A DNA stretch of 62,986 bases from Pseudomonadota bacterium (lineage in GTDB: Bacteria > Pseudomonadota > Alphaproteobacteria > Rhodospirillales > 2-02-FULL-58-16). The stretch lies in contig JACZQZ010000002.1 of NCBI GenBank assembly GCA_022545455.1, forward strand, positions 1 to 62,986, given 5' to 3'. The notes beneath the pieces are model-generated. The model had not been told where the DNA came from. It ran no database searches and saw nothing but the letters and a program-made list of their open reading frames with translations. The position numbers and the translations under genes are program-made. Below, one piece after another: positions 1 through 9,941 of this stretch (its first letter is position 1; the number at the start of each line of letters is the position of its first letter).

Positions 1-7
1 TCAGAAT

Positions 8-52
8 CAATAGCATACGCAACACCTGCACCTAAGTTGCGTTATGCTATTG
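8..52. repeat. Inverted repeat/hairpin at the window edge (CAATAGCATACGCAAC - 12 nt - GTTGCGTTATGCTATTG)
   Basis: Read directly. The arms are complementary except for one extra T, and the stretch has lower GC than its surroundings. Function is unknown; it could be a terminator of an off-window gene or a binding site. Confidence 0.5.
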
Positions 53-86
53 ACCCCGCAAAATCTGCCCCGCTCGGAAGGCTGTT

Positions 87-176
87 ATGGACATATCCGT
101 CGGTGAGGTGCTGTACCTCGTCCTGGTCATCGCCGTCGCCTGGTGGGCGTACGGCATGCTGAAAGAGTACTTCTAG
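87..176 (+). CDS. Hypothetical small hydrophobic peptide (29 aa, MDISVGEVLYLVLVIAVAWWAYGMLKEYF)
   Basis: ATG preceded by GGAAGG about 8 nt upstream, with a single predicted TM helix. It is too short for the ORF track and I recognise no homology. Confidence 0.25.
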   Translation: MDISVGEVLYLVLVIAVAWWAYGMLKEYF

Positions 177-838
177 GGCGTCACACCGGCCGCTACGAGC
201 AGGTCCGCGGCCGTTCGCCCTGCCTCGGCGTCGTCAAACGCCTCCGCGATCACGCGAGCCGTCTCACTGGGTAGTAACTGCAGGATCGACGCCTGGCACG
301 ATACGCACGACACTGCCGCATCACCTAACGATCTCGTCACGATCCGCCCCGTGCCGATGCCGGCTTCGAGCACGTAGCCGGCGTTCACAGCGGCAAGCTC
401 CGCCAGCAGCGCGTCCGTGCGTCGCACGCGCTGGCTCAACGCGCGGAGCAGCGCCCCGCTCACGCTCGGGTGCTCCTGGAGCCAACGCTCGAACGCGTCG
501 CGGGTGACGACCAAGGTGCGGCACGCGGTCAGCGCGACCACCGTCGCGCCCCGCGGCTCCCCGTCGAGTAAGGCGAGTTCGCCGAACGAATCGCCTGAGC
601 GGAGGATGGCGAGGGTCGCTTCCACACCCTCCGCGGAGAGCATCGCCACGCGCACGCTGCCGGAGCGGATGGTGTAGAGCGCATCCCCGTCGGTCCCCCG
701 CGAGACCCGGGCCCACGGTTTGGCCTGCGCCGTGCCCCAGTAGATGCGATCCAGCACGGGGTCGTAACTACCCGGAATCCACGCGTCCCCGCCCGCCCTC
801 CGGTTTAGTGGCAGGTCACCCCACGTATCGCCGCCTGG
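173..838 (-). pseudogene. Chimeric gene relic: PQQ-dehydrogenase-like fragment fused in frame to an N-terminally truncated Crp/Fnr-type cNMP-binding domain
   Basis: ORF 173..967(-). Residues DTWGD..RAGGDAWIPGSYDPVLDRIYWGTAQAKPW resemble the quinoprotein dehydrogenase propeller motif. They are followed directly by GDALYTIRSGSVRV...GDSFGELALLDGEPRGATVVA (cNMP beta-barrel) that lacks its first ~25 residues. The ORF 5' end overlaps the opposite-strand gene at 855. Confidence 0.45.
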
Positions 839-854
839 CTCGCCCGGGCGCGCC

Positions 855-1754
855 GTGGTCGGGGTGCGCGCCGAAATCCGCGCCGACGCCCGCACCGCGG
901 GCTCCCTCGGCACCGAGCGCGAGGGCAGCGGCGTCGTCATCGGCGCCGACGGCCTGGTGCTGACCATCGGCTATCTGATTCTGGAGGCGAAGGCGGCCGA
1001 GGTCCTGACCCCGGACGGCAAGGCCGTCCCGGCGACGGTCGTCGGCTATGACCACGACACCGGCTTCGGGCTCTTGCGCGCCGACAGGCCGCTCGGCATC
1101 AAACCCGTGGCATTGGGCGATTCGGCGGCGCTCGCCGAAGGAGACATGGTCCTTATCGTCAGCCACGAAGGCGCGCCGCCCGCGACTCCGGCCCGGGTTG
1201 TGTCGCGCCGTCCCTTCGCCGGGTATTGGGAATACCTGCTGGAGAACGCCATATTCACCGCCCCGCCCCATCCCGGGTACGGCGGCGCCGCGCTGATCGG
1301 TCCCGACGGGCGCCTGCTCGGCATCGGCTCGCTGTTCGTCAACGACGCGGTCGCGCCGGCGACACCGGGGCCCGGCAACATGTTCGTGCCCATCGACGGG
1401 CTCAAGCCCATCCTGGCGGACCTGTTGGAGCACGGGCGTCCGTCGCGGCCGTCGCACCCCTGGCTGGGGCTTTACACGGAGCAGAACCGGGGCCGCGTCT
1501 TCATCGTCCGGGTGGCCGCCGGCGGTCCCGCCGAGAAGGTCGGCCTCAAGGCCGGCGACATCATCATGGGCGTCGGCGGAAAACGGGTCAGGGACATGGC
1601 CGACTTCTTCCGCAAGGTCTGGGCCCGGGGCGACGCCGGCACGGAGATCCCCATCGACGTGCTGCCCATGGGCGCCGCCGACCCCGTCATCGCGCGGGTC
1701 GTCGTGCCGTCGCTCGACCGCTACCGCTGGCTGAGGCTGAAAGGCGGCCTGTAG
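855..1754 (+). CDS. S1C (HtrA/DegP-like) trypsin-fold + PDZ protein; catalytic triad not recognisable
   Basis: 299-aa ORF with a GTG start. It has an HtrA-like core GSGVVIGADGLVLTIGYLI ... GYGGAALIGPDGRLLGIGS and a C-terminal PDZ-like VRVAAGGPAEKVGLKAGDIIMGVGGKRV. No signal peptide is apparent. Confidence 0.75.
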   Translation: MVGVRAEIRADARTAGSLGTEREGSGVVIGADGLVLTIGYLILEAKAAEVLTPDGKAVPATVVGYDHDTGFGLLRADRPLGIKPVALGDSAALAEGDMVLIVSHEGAPPATPARVVSRRPFAGYWEYLLENAIFTAPPHPGYGGAALIGPDGRLLGIGSLFVNDAVAPATPGPGNMFVPIDGLKPILADLLEHGRPSRPSHPWLGLYTEQNRGRVFIVRVAAGGPAEKVGLKAGDIIMGVGGKRVRDMADFFRKVWARGDAGTEIPIDVLPMGAADPVIARVVVPSLDRYRWLRLKGGL

Positions 1755-1758
1755 CCGC

Positions 1759-3534
1759 CTAGTCGCCGCGTTCCTCGCGCCGGCTTTGCAACAGCGCCCG
1801 GTTGTAGGCGTCGATCGCGTCGCGCTCGCGCACACAGCCGCAAAGAATCATGGAGTCCATGTCCTCGACCACGGCGATGTGCGCCTCGCCGGTCTCGCGT
1901 ATCAGCGCCAGGGCGGTCTCCAGATCGTCACCGGCGGCCAGCACCGCGGGACCCATCCGCGCCACGTCGCCGGCAAAGATCAGGTTGTCGACGCCCTGGT
2001 CGAAGGCCACCTCGCTCAGGTCGGCGAGGGTGATGGAGCCAAGGAGCTTCCCGTTTTCGCGGACCACGAACAGCGTGCCCGTGGCCGACCTCTGCAGCAG
2101 GACCCGCATCAGGGGCAGGCCTACGTCCGGGGTCACCAGGTCGTTTTCCCGCGACATCACCTCGCTCACCTTGAGCGTCCTCAAGAGCGCCCTCTCCAGA
2201 CCAACCTTGAGGTCGATTCCCCGCCGCTCCAACTGCGCGGTGAAGAAGCTGCGCCCGTATAGCTGCTGGGTGGTCACCGAGGCGACGACGACGGCCACCA
2301 TCACCGCCACGGTGAGGGCATAGTCGCCGGTCATCTCGAAGATGATCAGGGTGGTCGAGATGGGCGCGCCCAGGACCGCCGCCGTCACCGCCCCCATGCC
2401 GATCAGGGTGTAGGCCCCGGGCCCGGACGACAATTCGGGCAAGACGAGGGTCGCCGCGATCCCGTATGCGCCGCCCAGCATGGCCCCGATGACCAGCGAC
2501 GGGCTGAAGACACCGCCGCCGAAGCCGAACCCCAGGCTGATGGCGGTGGCCGCCACCTTGGCGACGCCCACGGCGATCAGCAAGGACAGGGGAAAGGCCA
2601 CCGCGAGCGCCGCTTCCGTGGCGCCGTATCCGACCCCCAACACCTGGGGAAAGGCGAGCGCCATGACCCCCAAGACCAGGCCCCCCACCGCAGGCCGCAG
2701 CCACGGCGGTATCGGCAATTTCCGGGCCGTCTTCTCGCTCAGCGTGACTCCATGCATAAACACGACGGCGACGATTCCGGCGGCGATTCCCAGCCCGGCG
2801 AAGGCGGGGAACTCCCACAACGAGGCGATGGTGTGCTGGGCGATGATGAAGGCCGGGAAGTCGCCGAAATACGCCCGCGACACCACGGTCCCGGCGACGC
2901 TGGCGATGACCACCGGCGCGAAGGCCTTCAACGCGTAATGGCGGAGCACCACCTCGTTGGCGAACAGGGCCCCGGCGATGGGCGCATTGAACGATGCCGC
3001 CACCGCGGCGGCGACGCCGCACCCGAGCAGGGTGCGCGAAAGGGCCGGGGTGAGCCGCAGCCGCTTGGCGATCCAGCTGCCCAGCCAGGCGCCAAGGTGC
3101 ACCGCCGGCCCCTCGCGGCCGACGGACGCCCCGACGCCGATGGAGGCGGCGTTGATCACGGCGGCGCGCAGACCCGTCGTCGCCGACATGCGCCCGCTAT
3201 GCAGGGCGCCGGCCTCGATGACGTCGGCGACCCCATGGGTGCGCCGCCCGGGCAGGAGGCGATGGACCAACAGCCCGATCAGCAGTCCCCCGGCCGTCGG
3301 TGCGAGCAAAATGTGCCACCACGCGAGCCCCTGCACGTGGGTGTAAAGGTGGTTGGTCGGGGAACCGTAGAAGACGGTCTGAACCAGGCCGATCCCTTCG
3401 CGGAACAGGACGACGCCCCCGCCCGCGGCGGCACCCACCACCAGGGCCAGGATCGCCAGGATCAACTGGTCGTTCCTGATCACCCTGCGCAGCCGCATCA
3501 TCACGCGGCTCATCTTCGAGCGATGGCTGCTCAT
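1759..3534 (-). CDS. ClC-family voltage-gated chloride channel / H+-Cl- antiporter with a C-terminal CBS pair
   Basis: 591 aa. ClC motifs GREGP (GASVGREGPAVHLG) and GGVFSPS are present, with multiple TM helices and two CBS-like repeats at the C-terminus. Confidence 0.9.
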   Translation of the reverse strand: MSSHRSKMSRVMMRLRRVIRNDQLILAILALVVGAAAGGGVVLFREGIGLVQTVFYGSPTNHLYTHVQGLAWWHILLAPTAGGLLIGLLVHRLLPGRRTHGVADVIEAGALHSGRMSATTGLRAAVINAASIGVGASVGREGPAVHLGAWLGSWIAKRLRLTPALSRTLLGCGVAAAVAASFNAPIAGALFANEVVLRHYALKAFAPVVIASVAGTVVSRAYFGDFPAFIIAQHTIASLWEFPAFAGLGIAAGIVAVVFMHGVTLSEKTARKLPIPPWLRPAVGGLVLGVMALAFPQVLGVGYGATEAALAVAFPLSLLIAVGVAKVAATAISLGFGFGGGVFSPSLVIGAMLGGAYGIAATLVLPELSSGPGAYTLIGMGAVTAAVLGAPISTTLIIFEMTGDYALTVAVMVAVVVASVTTQQLYGRSFFTAQLERRGIDLKVGLERALLRTLKVSEVMSRENDLVTPDVGLPLMRVLLQRSATGTLFVVRENGKLLGSITLADLSEVAFDQGVDNLIFAGDVARMGPAVLAAGDDLETALALIRETGEAHIAVVEDMDSMILCGCVRERDAIDAYNRALLQSRREERGD

Positions 3535-3654
3535 GGTCCTTCACCCGCCGCAGACGGTGCCTTACTTATGTGAAACTTATGTAAAAAAATTTACGGCCCC
3601 ACGGTCAAGGGATGGCAGGAGAGGACCGGCGGGACACGCCCGCGAATTGCTGTG

Positions 3655-4773
3655 TCAGGCGTTCAACGCCGCATCCCGGACCTGGTCCTGGGAGACGACC
3701 CGGTCGCGGCCGTTGTGCTTGGCCATGTACAGGGCCTCGTCGGCGCGGGAAATCAACTGGGACACGGGCTCGCCGTACTCGAACCGGCCCGCCCCGATGG
3801 AGACCGTAATGGTGCCCAGGTCCTCGCCGGTGGTCCGGTTTACGACCCTCTTCGTGCCCACCGCCCGGCGGATGTTCTCGGCCACGGTGAGGGCATCCTT
3901 GAGGCTGGTGCGCGGCAGGATGATGGCGAACTCCTCGCCGCCGTACCGGGCGGCGGTGTCCTGGCCCTTGATGCATGCGGTGAGGGTCGAGCCAAGGAGC
4001 TTCAGCACCTGGTCGCCCACCTGGTGGCCATAGGTGTCGTTGAATTTCTTGAAATGGTCGATGTCGACCATGAGCAGGCACAACTCTTCCTCGTCCTTCA
4101 CGGCCTCGTTGGCGGACTGGCGCAACTGGATGTCGAACAGCTTGCGGTTGGGGATGGCGGTCAGCGCGTCGGTCATCGCCTCGAGCCGCATGTCCTCCAG
4201 ATCCTGTTTGAGCTGGGAGATTTCCCTGGACGAGACGGCGAGCTTTTCCTGGAAGCCCCTGGTCTGCCCTTCCATCGACCGCGTTGCCGAAAGGGCGTCC
4301 GCGATGAGGGCCTTGAAGTCGCTCACACTTCCCGATCCGGCGACCTTCCCGGTGATGGACTCCAGGAACCTGCCGTACTCGGCGGTGTCGTCGCCCGCCG
4401 CATCCAGGTAGGCGAGGATATTGGCCAGTTCCGATCCCATCTTTTCGGCGGCGTCGGCGGCAGCCGTGCCCTCGTGACTAAAGGTGAAGAATTGGTCGAA
4501 AATTTCGGCGTTGCGCGCCTCCGTGAACTCCTCGTTTTCCTTGAGCAGCTTGTCCAGGGCGCGCGTGAGGTCCGGGTACCTGTGCGAGCAATAGACAAAC
4601 CACACGGCGAAATTATTGGGCGTGGCGGGTATCGCCTTGCTCTCCATCAGGGAGAACGCGGACCGCGCGTATTCGCCCGCCTTTTCGAGGGATTCCGAAT
4701 ACTCCACCGCTCTTCCTCCGTCCCCCACCCACCGGCCGGACCGCCGCCCGTGGTGTGCTCGAAGCATACCCAT
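3655..4773 (-). CDS. Diguanylate cyclase (GGDEF domain, GGEEF active site) with an N-terminal helical sensor region
   Basis: ORF 3655..4983(-). It carries RYGGEEFAIILP and DIDHFKKFNDTYGH. The start is uncertain; I chose the internal Met (MGMLRAHH), and the N-terminal 70 codons of the ORF look non-coding. Confidence 0.85.
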   Translation of the reverse strand: MGMLRAHHGRRSGRWVGDGGRAVEYSESLEKAGEYARSAFSLMESKAIPATPNNFAVWFVYCSHRYPDLTRALDKLLKENEEFTEARNAEIFDQFFTFSHEGTAAADAAEKMGSELANILAYLDAAGDDTAEYGRFLESITGKVAGSGSVSDFKALIADALSATRSMEGQTRGFQEKLAVSSREISQLKQDLEDMRLEAMTDALTAIPNRKLFDIQLRQSANEAVKDEEELCLLMVDIDHFKKFNDTYGHQVGDQVLKLLGSTLTACIKGQDTAARYGGEEFAIILPRTSLKDALTVAENIRRAVGTKRVVNRTTGEDLGTITVSIGAGRFEYGEPVSQLISRADEALYMAKHNGRDRVVSQDQVRDAALNA

Positions 4774-5018
4774 CGCGCCGCCGAGTCCAAGGGAAAATTC
4801 CTGCCCCTCGGCGCCGCCGCGCGGCGGTGCCCAGGTGGGACATCGCCACCTGCCATAGGGTGATGTGGGGACGGAGGCACACGACTCCCACCGCGCCCCG
4901 ATTCCCCGTTGTTGCTTTCCTGCAAACCGTTTAGTACTCGCGTTGTGCGCTGCCGGACCATCGGCGGCACCGTCGCAATCCATGTGGCGCTCATGCGTCG
5001 AAAGAGGCCGTTATTCGC

Positions 5019-5693
5019 GTGCGGCGTCCCCTGTCATCCCAGGCGCCTGCGCCAGATGGAGCCCCGCCCGTGTTGACCATCCGCCAACTTACCCGGCCCG
5101 GCCTCGAGCCCGTCGACCTGAGCATAGAGGCGGGCGAGTGCGTGGCGCTCAGCGGGCCGTCGGGGGCGGGCAAGAGCATGCTGATGCGGGCCATTGTGGA
5201 TCTGGACCCGAACGAGGGCGATGTCCGTCTTGATGGCGCCGCGCGCGGGGACATCCCGGCACCCCGGTGGCGCCGGCTGGTGGCCTATGTGCCGCCGGAA
5301 TCCGGCTGGTGGGCGGACGACGTGGCCAGCCACTTCCCCGACGGAGACGCGGCCCGGCGCCTATTGCCCCGGCTGGGGCTGCCCGCCGAGGCCCTCGTCT
5401 GGCCGGTGGCCCGCCTGTCCACGGGCGAGCGCCAGAGGCTGGCCCTGGCGCGGGCGCTTGTTGTCGAGCCCAGGGTGCTGCTCCTGGACGAGCCCACCTC
5501 GGGCCTCGACCGGGAAACGGCGCTCAAGGTGGAAGACGTACTCAGCGAACGCCTGGCCGACGGCGTGGCGATACTTCTGGTCACCCACGATACCGGGCAG
5601 ACCCGGCGGCTGGCCCGGCGCAGGCTGGTGATGAAGGACGGCAAGGTCACGGACGGCGCCCCCGCCCCGGCGCAAAGCGGGAACGGGGCGTGA
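5019..5693 (+). CDS. fetA: ABC transporter ATP-binding protein, FetA/YbbL type
   Basis: Walker A GPSGAGKS, signature LSTGERQRLALARAL and Walker B LLLDEPTSGLD. It is coupled to a UPF0014/FetB permease. The exact start is uncertain. Confidence 0.75.
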   Translation: MRRPLSSQAPAPDGAPPVLTIRQLTRPGLEPVDLSIEAGECVALSGPSGAGKSMLMRAIVDLDPNEGDVRLDGAARGDIPAPRWRRLVAYVPPESGWWADDVASHFPDGDAARRLLPRLGLPAEALVWPVARLSTGERQRLALARALVVEPRVLLLDEPTSGLDRETALKVEDVLSERLADGVAILLVTHDTGQTRRLARRRLVMKDGKVTDGAPAPAQSGNGA

Positions 5694-6496
5694 CCTACAT
5701 CACCCTCAGCTACACCGACCTCGCCGTGGCGGCCGTTCTCGTGATCCTCAACGCCGCCCTTTCCATAGGCCTGCGCCTGGGCCTGGAATGGCGCCTGCTG
5801 ATCGCCGCGGGGCGCATGGTGGTGCAACTGGCGCTTGTCGCCCTGGTGCTGAAGGCCCTGTTCGCCGTCGTCTCGCCGCTGTTCACGGCGGCGGCGGCGC
5901 TGGTCATGGTGCTGTTCGCCGGGCGCGAAGTGATGGCGCGGCAGACGCGGCGCTTCACCGGCCTGTGGGCCTATGGTCTTGGCACCACCAGCATCCTGGC
6001 CGCGGCCACCATCGTCACCGTGCTGGCGCTCACCACCCAGGTCAAACCCGATCCCTGGTACGACCCGCGCTACGCCATTCCCCTGCTCGGCATGGTCCTG
6101 GGCAACACCATGACCGGGGTCAGCCTGGGCCTGGACCGCCTGGTGACGGCGGCGGCGCGGGAACGCAGCGCCATCGAGGCGCGGTTGGCGCTGGGGCAGG
6201 AATTTTCCGAGGCCATGGGCACCATCACCCGCGACGCCCTGCGCGGCGGCCTAATGCCGATCATCAACGCCATGTCGGCCGCCGGCCTGGTTTCCCTGCC
6301 CGGCATGATGACCGGTCAGATTCTGGCTGGCGTCGACCCCGTCGAGGCCGTGAAGTACCAGATCCTGATCATGTTTCTGATCGCCGGCGGCACCGGGCTG
6401 GGGGTGCTGGCCGCCGTGCTCGGCGGCGTCAGGCGCCTCACCGACGGACGCCACCGGCTTCGGCTGGACCGGCTGACCCTGACCACCGGGGCCTGA
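5690..6496 (+). CDS. fetB: UPF0014-family ABC permease, FetB/YbbM type (putative iron export)
   Basis: This is the C-terminal 268 codons of ORF 5267..6496. GTG at 5690 overlaps the fetA stop (GTGA). GLVSLPGMMTGQILAGVDPVEAVKYQILIMF closely resembles E. coli YbbM. Confidence 0.8.
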   Translation: MTYITLSYTDLAVAAVLVILNAALSIGLRLGLEWRLLIAAGRMVVQLALVALVLKALFAVVSPLFTAAAALVMVLFAGREVMARQTRRFTGLWAYGLGTTSILAAATIVTVLALTTQVKPDPWYDPRYAIPLLGMVLGNTMTGVSLGLDRLVTAAARERSAIEARLALGQEFSEAMGTITRDALRGGLMPIINAMSAAGLVSLPGMMTGQILAGVDPVEAVKYQILIMFLIAGGTGLGVLAAVLGGVRRLTDGRHRLRLDRLTLTTGA

Positions 6497-6527
6497 GGGC
6501 CGGGCAAAAGATCGCCACCAACATTCC

Positions 6528-6556
6528 CTTGACAGCACCGATAAATCTCCATAGAT
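6528..6556 (+). promoter_or_regulatory. Possible sigma-32-type heat-shock promoter of groESL (CTTGAC ... CTCCATAGAT)
   Basis: Resembles CTTGAA-N13-15-CCCCATNT and lies immediately upstream of the CIRCE element. Motif match only. Confidence 0.35.
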
Positions 6557-6558
6557 GA

Positions 6559-6585
6559 TTGGCACTCACCAAGGATCAGTGCTAA
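6559..6585 (+). promoter_or_regulatory. CIRCE element (HrcA operator): TTGGCACTC-N9-CAGTGCTAA
   Basis: Close match to the consensus TTAGCACTC-N9-GAGTGCTAA, located 50 nt upstream of the groES start. Confidence 0.8.
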
Positions 6586-6634
6586 TAATTCCCATTCGTT
6601 CCTTAAATATCAATGGGTTCACGGAGGGCGCAAT

Positions 6635-6946
6635 ATGAAATTCAGGCCACTGCATGACCGCGTGCTGGTCAAGCGCGTGGAACAGGACGAAAAGTCCTCG
6701 GGCGGCATCATCATTCCCGATACCGCCCAGGAAAAGCCCATGGAGGGCAAGGTCGTCGCCGTCGGCACCGGCACCCGTCACGAGGACGGAACCATCACGC
6801 CGCTGGACGTCAAGGCCGGCGACCGGATTCTGTTCGGCAAATGGTCGGGCACCGAGGTCAAGATGGACGGCGACGATCTGTTGATCATGAAAGAGTCCGA
6901 TATTCTCGGCGTCATCGACGGCGGCGGGAAGAAGAAGAAGAAATAG
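6635..6946 (+). CDS. groES: Co-chaperonin GroES (with an unusual GGGKKKKK C-terminal tail)
   Basis: [35 protein letters not shown]... is canonical GroES, and the gene lies upstream of groEL. Confidence 0.97.
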   Translation: MKFRPLHDRVLVKRVEQDEKSSGGIIIPDTAQEKPMEGKVVAVGTGTRHEDGTITPLDVKAGDRILFGKWSGTEVKMDGDDLLIMKESDILGVIDGGGKKKKK

Positions 6947-6966
6947 ATAGCCCGAGGGAAGGATAG

Positions 6967-8616
<1,650 letters not shown>

Positions 8617-8643
8617 TCCGCCACCCAACGCTATCATCGGCCA

Positions 8644-8678
8644 ATGGGGGCCGCGCCTTCGCGCGCGGCCCCATTTTT
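8644..8678 (+). terminator. Rho-independent terminator of groESL
   Basis: ATGGGGGCCGCGC-cttc-GCGCGGCCCCAT stem followed by TTTTT, about 28 nt after the groEL stop. Confidence 0.8.
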
Positions 8679-8736
8679 CCGAAAGGTAAAACGACTGGGT
8701 CGTTTTACCTTGAGAAGCCCGCGACCGCGGGCCGCC

Positions 8737-8810
8737 GCCCCCGGGGGGCACCGGGGGGTGTCCCCCCGGGCACCGGAAATGCGGGGGGCGCCCCCGCGAC
8801 CCCCGGGGCG
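8737..8810 (+). repeat. GC-rich palindromic intergenic repeat (core CCGGGGGGTGTCCCCCCGG plus GCGGGGGGCGCCCCCGC), copy 1
   Basis: A similar ~65-nt element is found in inverted orientation at ~25566..25636 and partially at ~34021..34045. Confidence 0.65.
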
Positions 8811-8843
8811 TAAGCCAAGGGCGCGGACGCGCCCGCCCGGCGC

Positions 8844-9848
8844 TTGAGGGAGTCCAGAGAAGTCACAATGTTTGTGACTTCTCGACTATATACGGACGCC
8901 GTGACCACCGGGCCAAGCCGCTCTACAATGGAGACCGGGACCGGCGGGCCGGGAACGCCCGGCGGCGGCGGAAACCGGGTTCGTCCGGGGGATGGGCGGT
9001 TGAACGATCGAACCACAAACCAGGAAACGGTCGATTTCGGGGACGTGAAGGTCATCTTCCGGCTATGCCCGAACTGCGGGCACGACAACCAAGGGTCGGA
9101 AAAGATCCCCTATTGTCCGGATACCTGGGACATGACGGCGTGCGCGCGGTGCGCCTTCATATACCTCGAGAAATCCGTTGCCTACGAGGAGCTCCTCTCC
9201 AACATGGCATGGGAAAAAACGTCCAAGGCGGAGGAGAAGAGGAGGGCGCGATCGCGGCCGATTTCCTACAGGTTCAGCGCCCTGACCAGGAAACGCCTGC
9301 ATCTGTTTCCGAGAAAGAATGCGGCGCTGTTGGTCGGACGGTACGCCCGGCCCGGACGGGTCCTCGATCTGGGATGCGGCGATGGCGGTCCGGCGCAGGA
9401 TTTGAGCGAACGTTTCGTGCCGTTCGGCATCGAGATTTCCGCCACCCTCGCGCAAAGGGCCAACGCCGTCTTCGAGCGTCGGGGCGGCCACGTGGTCAAC
9501 GCCCCCTGCGTCACCGGCCTGAAAACCTTTCCCGACAACTATTTCTCCGCCGCCACCCTGCGCTCGTACCTGGAGCACGAGCTGAAGCCGAAGGAGGTTT
9601 TACACGAGCTCTTCCGGTGCATGGACGACAACGCCGTCGCGGTCATCAAGGTGCCCAATTACGGGTGCGTAAACCGTATGGTCACGGGGAGGAACTGGTG
9701 CGGTTTCCGGTTTCCCGACCACCTGAATTATTTTACCCCGTCGTCGCTGCGGACCATGGTGCGCGATTGCGGCTTCGCCATCCGCCGGTTCACCCTCATG
9801 GACCATTTGCCGACCAGCGACAACATGTGGATGATCATCGGCAAATGA
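8844..9848 (+). CDS. Class I SAM-dependent methyltransferase with an N-terminal zinc-ribbon (CPNCGH ... CARC)
   Basis: SAM motif VLDLGCGDGGPAQDL with a Cys4 ribbon upstream. The start is uncertain: a 12-bp perfect palindrome lies in the first codons of the ORF, so the true start is probably at or after ~8927. Confidence 0.7.
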   Translation: MRESREVTMFVTSRLYTDAVTTGPSRSTMETGTGGPGTPGGGGNRVRPGDGRLNDRTTNQETVDFGDVKVIFRLCPNCGHDNQGSEKIPYCPDTWDMTACARCAFIYLEKSVAYEELLSNMAWEKTSKAEEKRRARSRPISYRFSALTRKRLHLFPRKNAALLVGRYARPGRVLDLGCGDGGPAQDLSERFVPFGIEISATLAQRANAVFERRGGHVVNAPCVTGLKTFPDNYFSAATLRSYLEHELKPKEVLHELFRCMDDNAVAVIKVPNYGCVNRMVTGRNWCGFRFPDHLNYFTPSSLRTMVRDCGFAIRRFTLMDHLPTSDNMWMIIGK

Positions 9849-9852
9849 GGTC

Positions 9853-9901
9853 AAAGGGGCGCCGCCCCTTTTGATCCCCACCAAGGGCCAACGGCCCTTG
9901 G
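9853..9901. terminator. Two hairpins between convergent genes (AAAGGGGC/GCCCCTTT with flanking A/T runs; CCAAGGGCC-aac-GGCCCTTGG)
   Basis: Read directly. The first hairpin has a T-run on the + strand and an A-run on its 5' side, so it may act bidirectionally. Confidence 0.6.
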
Positions 9902-9941
9902 AACCCAATTGAAGGGGTCCAGGGGTTTTGAATTCCCCCTA

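Noticed and set aside
5267-5689. The N-terminal 141 codons of ORF 5267..6496, considered as part of the FetB-like permease.
   Set aside because: This part overlaps fetA in another frame and is Arg/Gly/Pro-rich. Similarity to YbbM-type permeases begins at the GTG at 5690, which overlaps the fetA stop.
8685-8695. GTAAAACGAC, identical to the start of the M13 forward primer site, considered as a possible cloning-vector remnant.
   Set aside because: Only 10-11 nt match and the following bases diverge (TGGGTCG versus GGCCAGT). It is part of a perfect native-looking hairpin.
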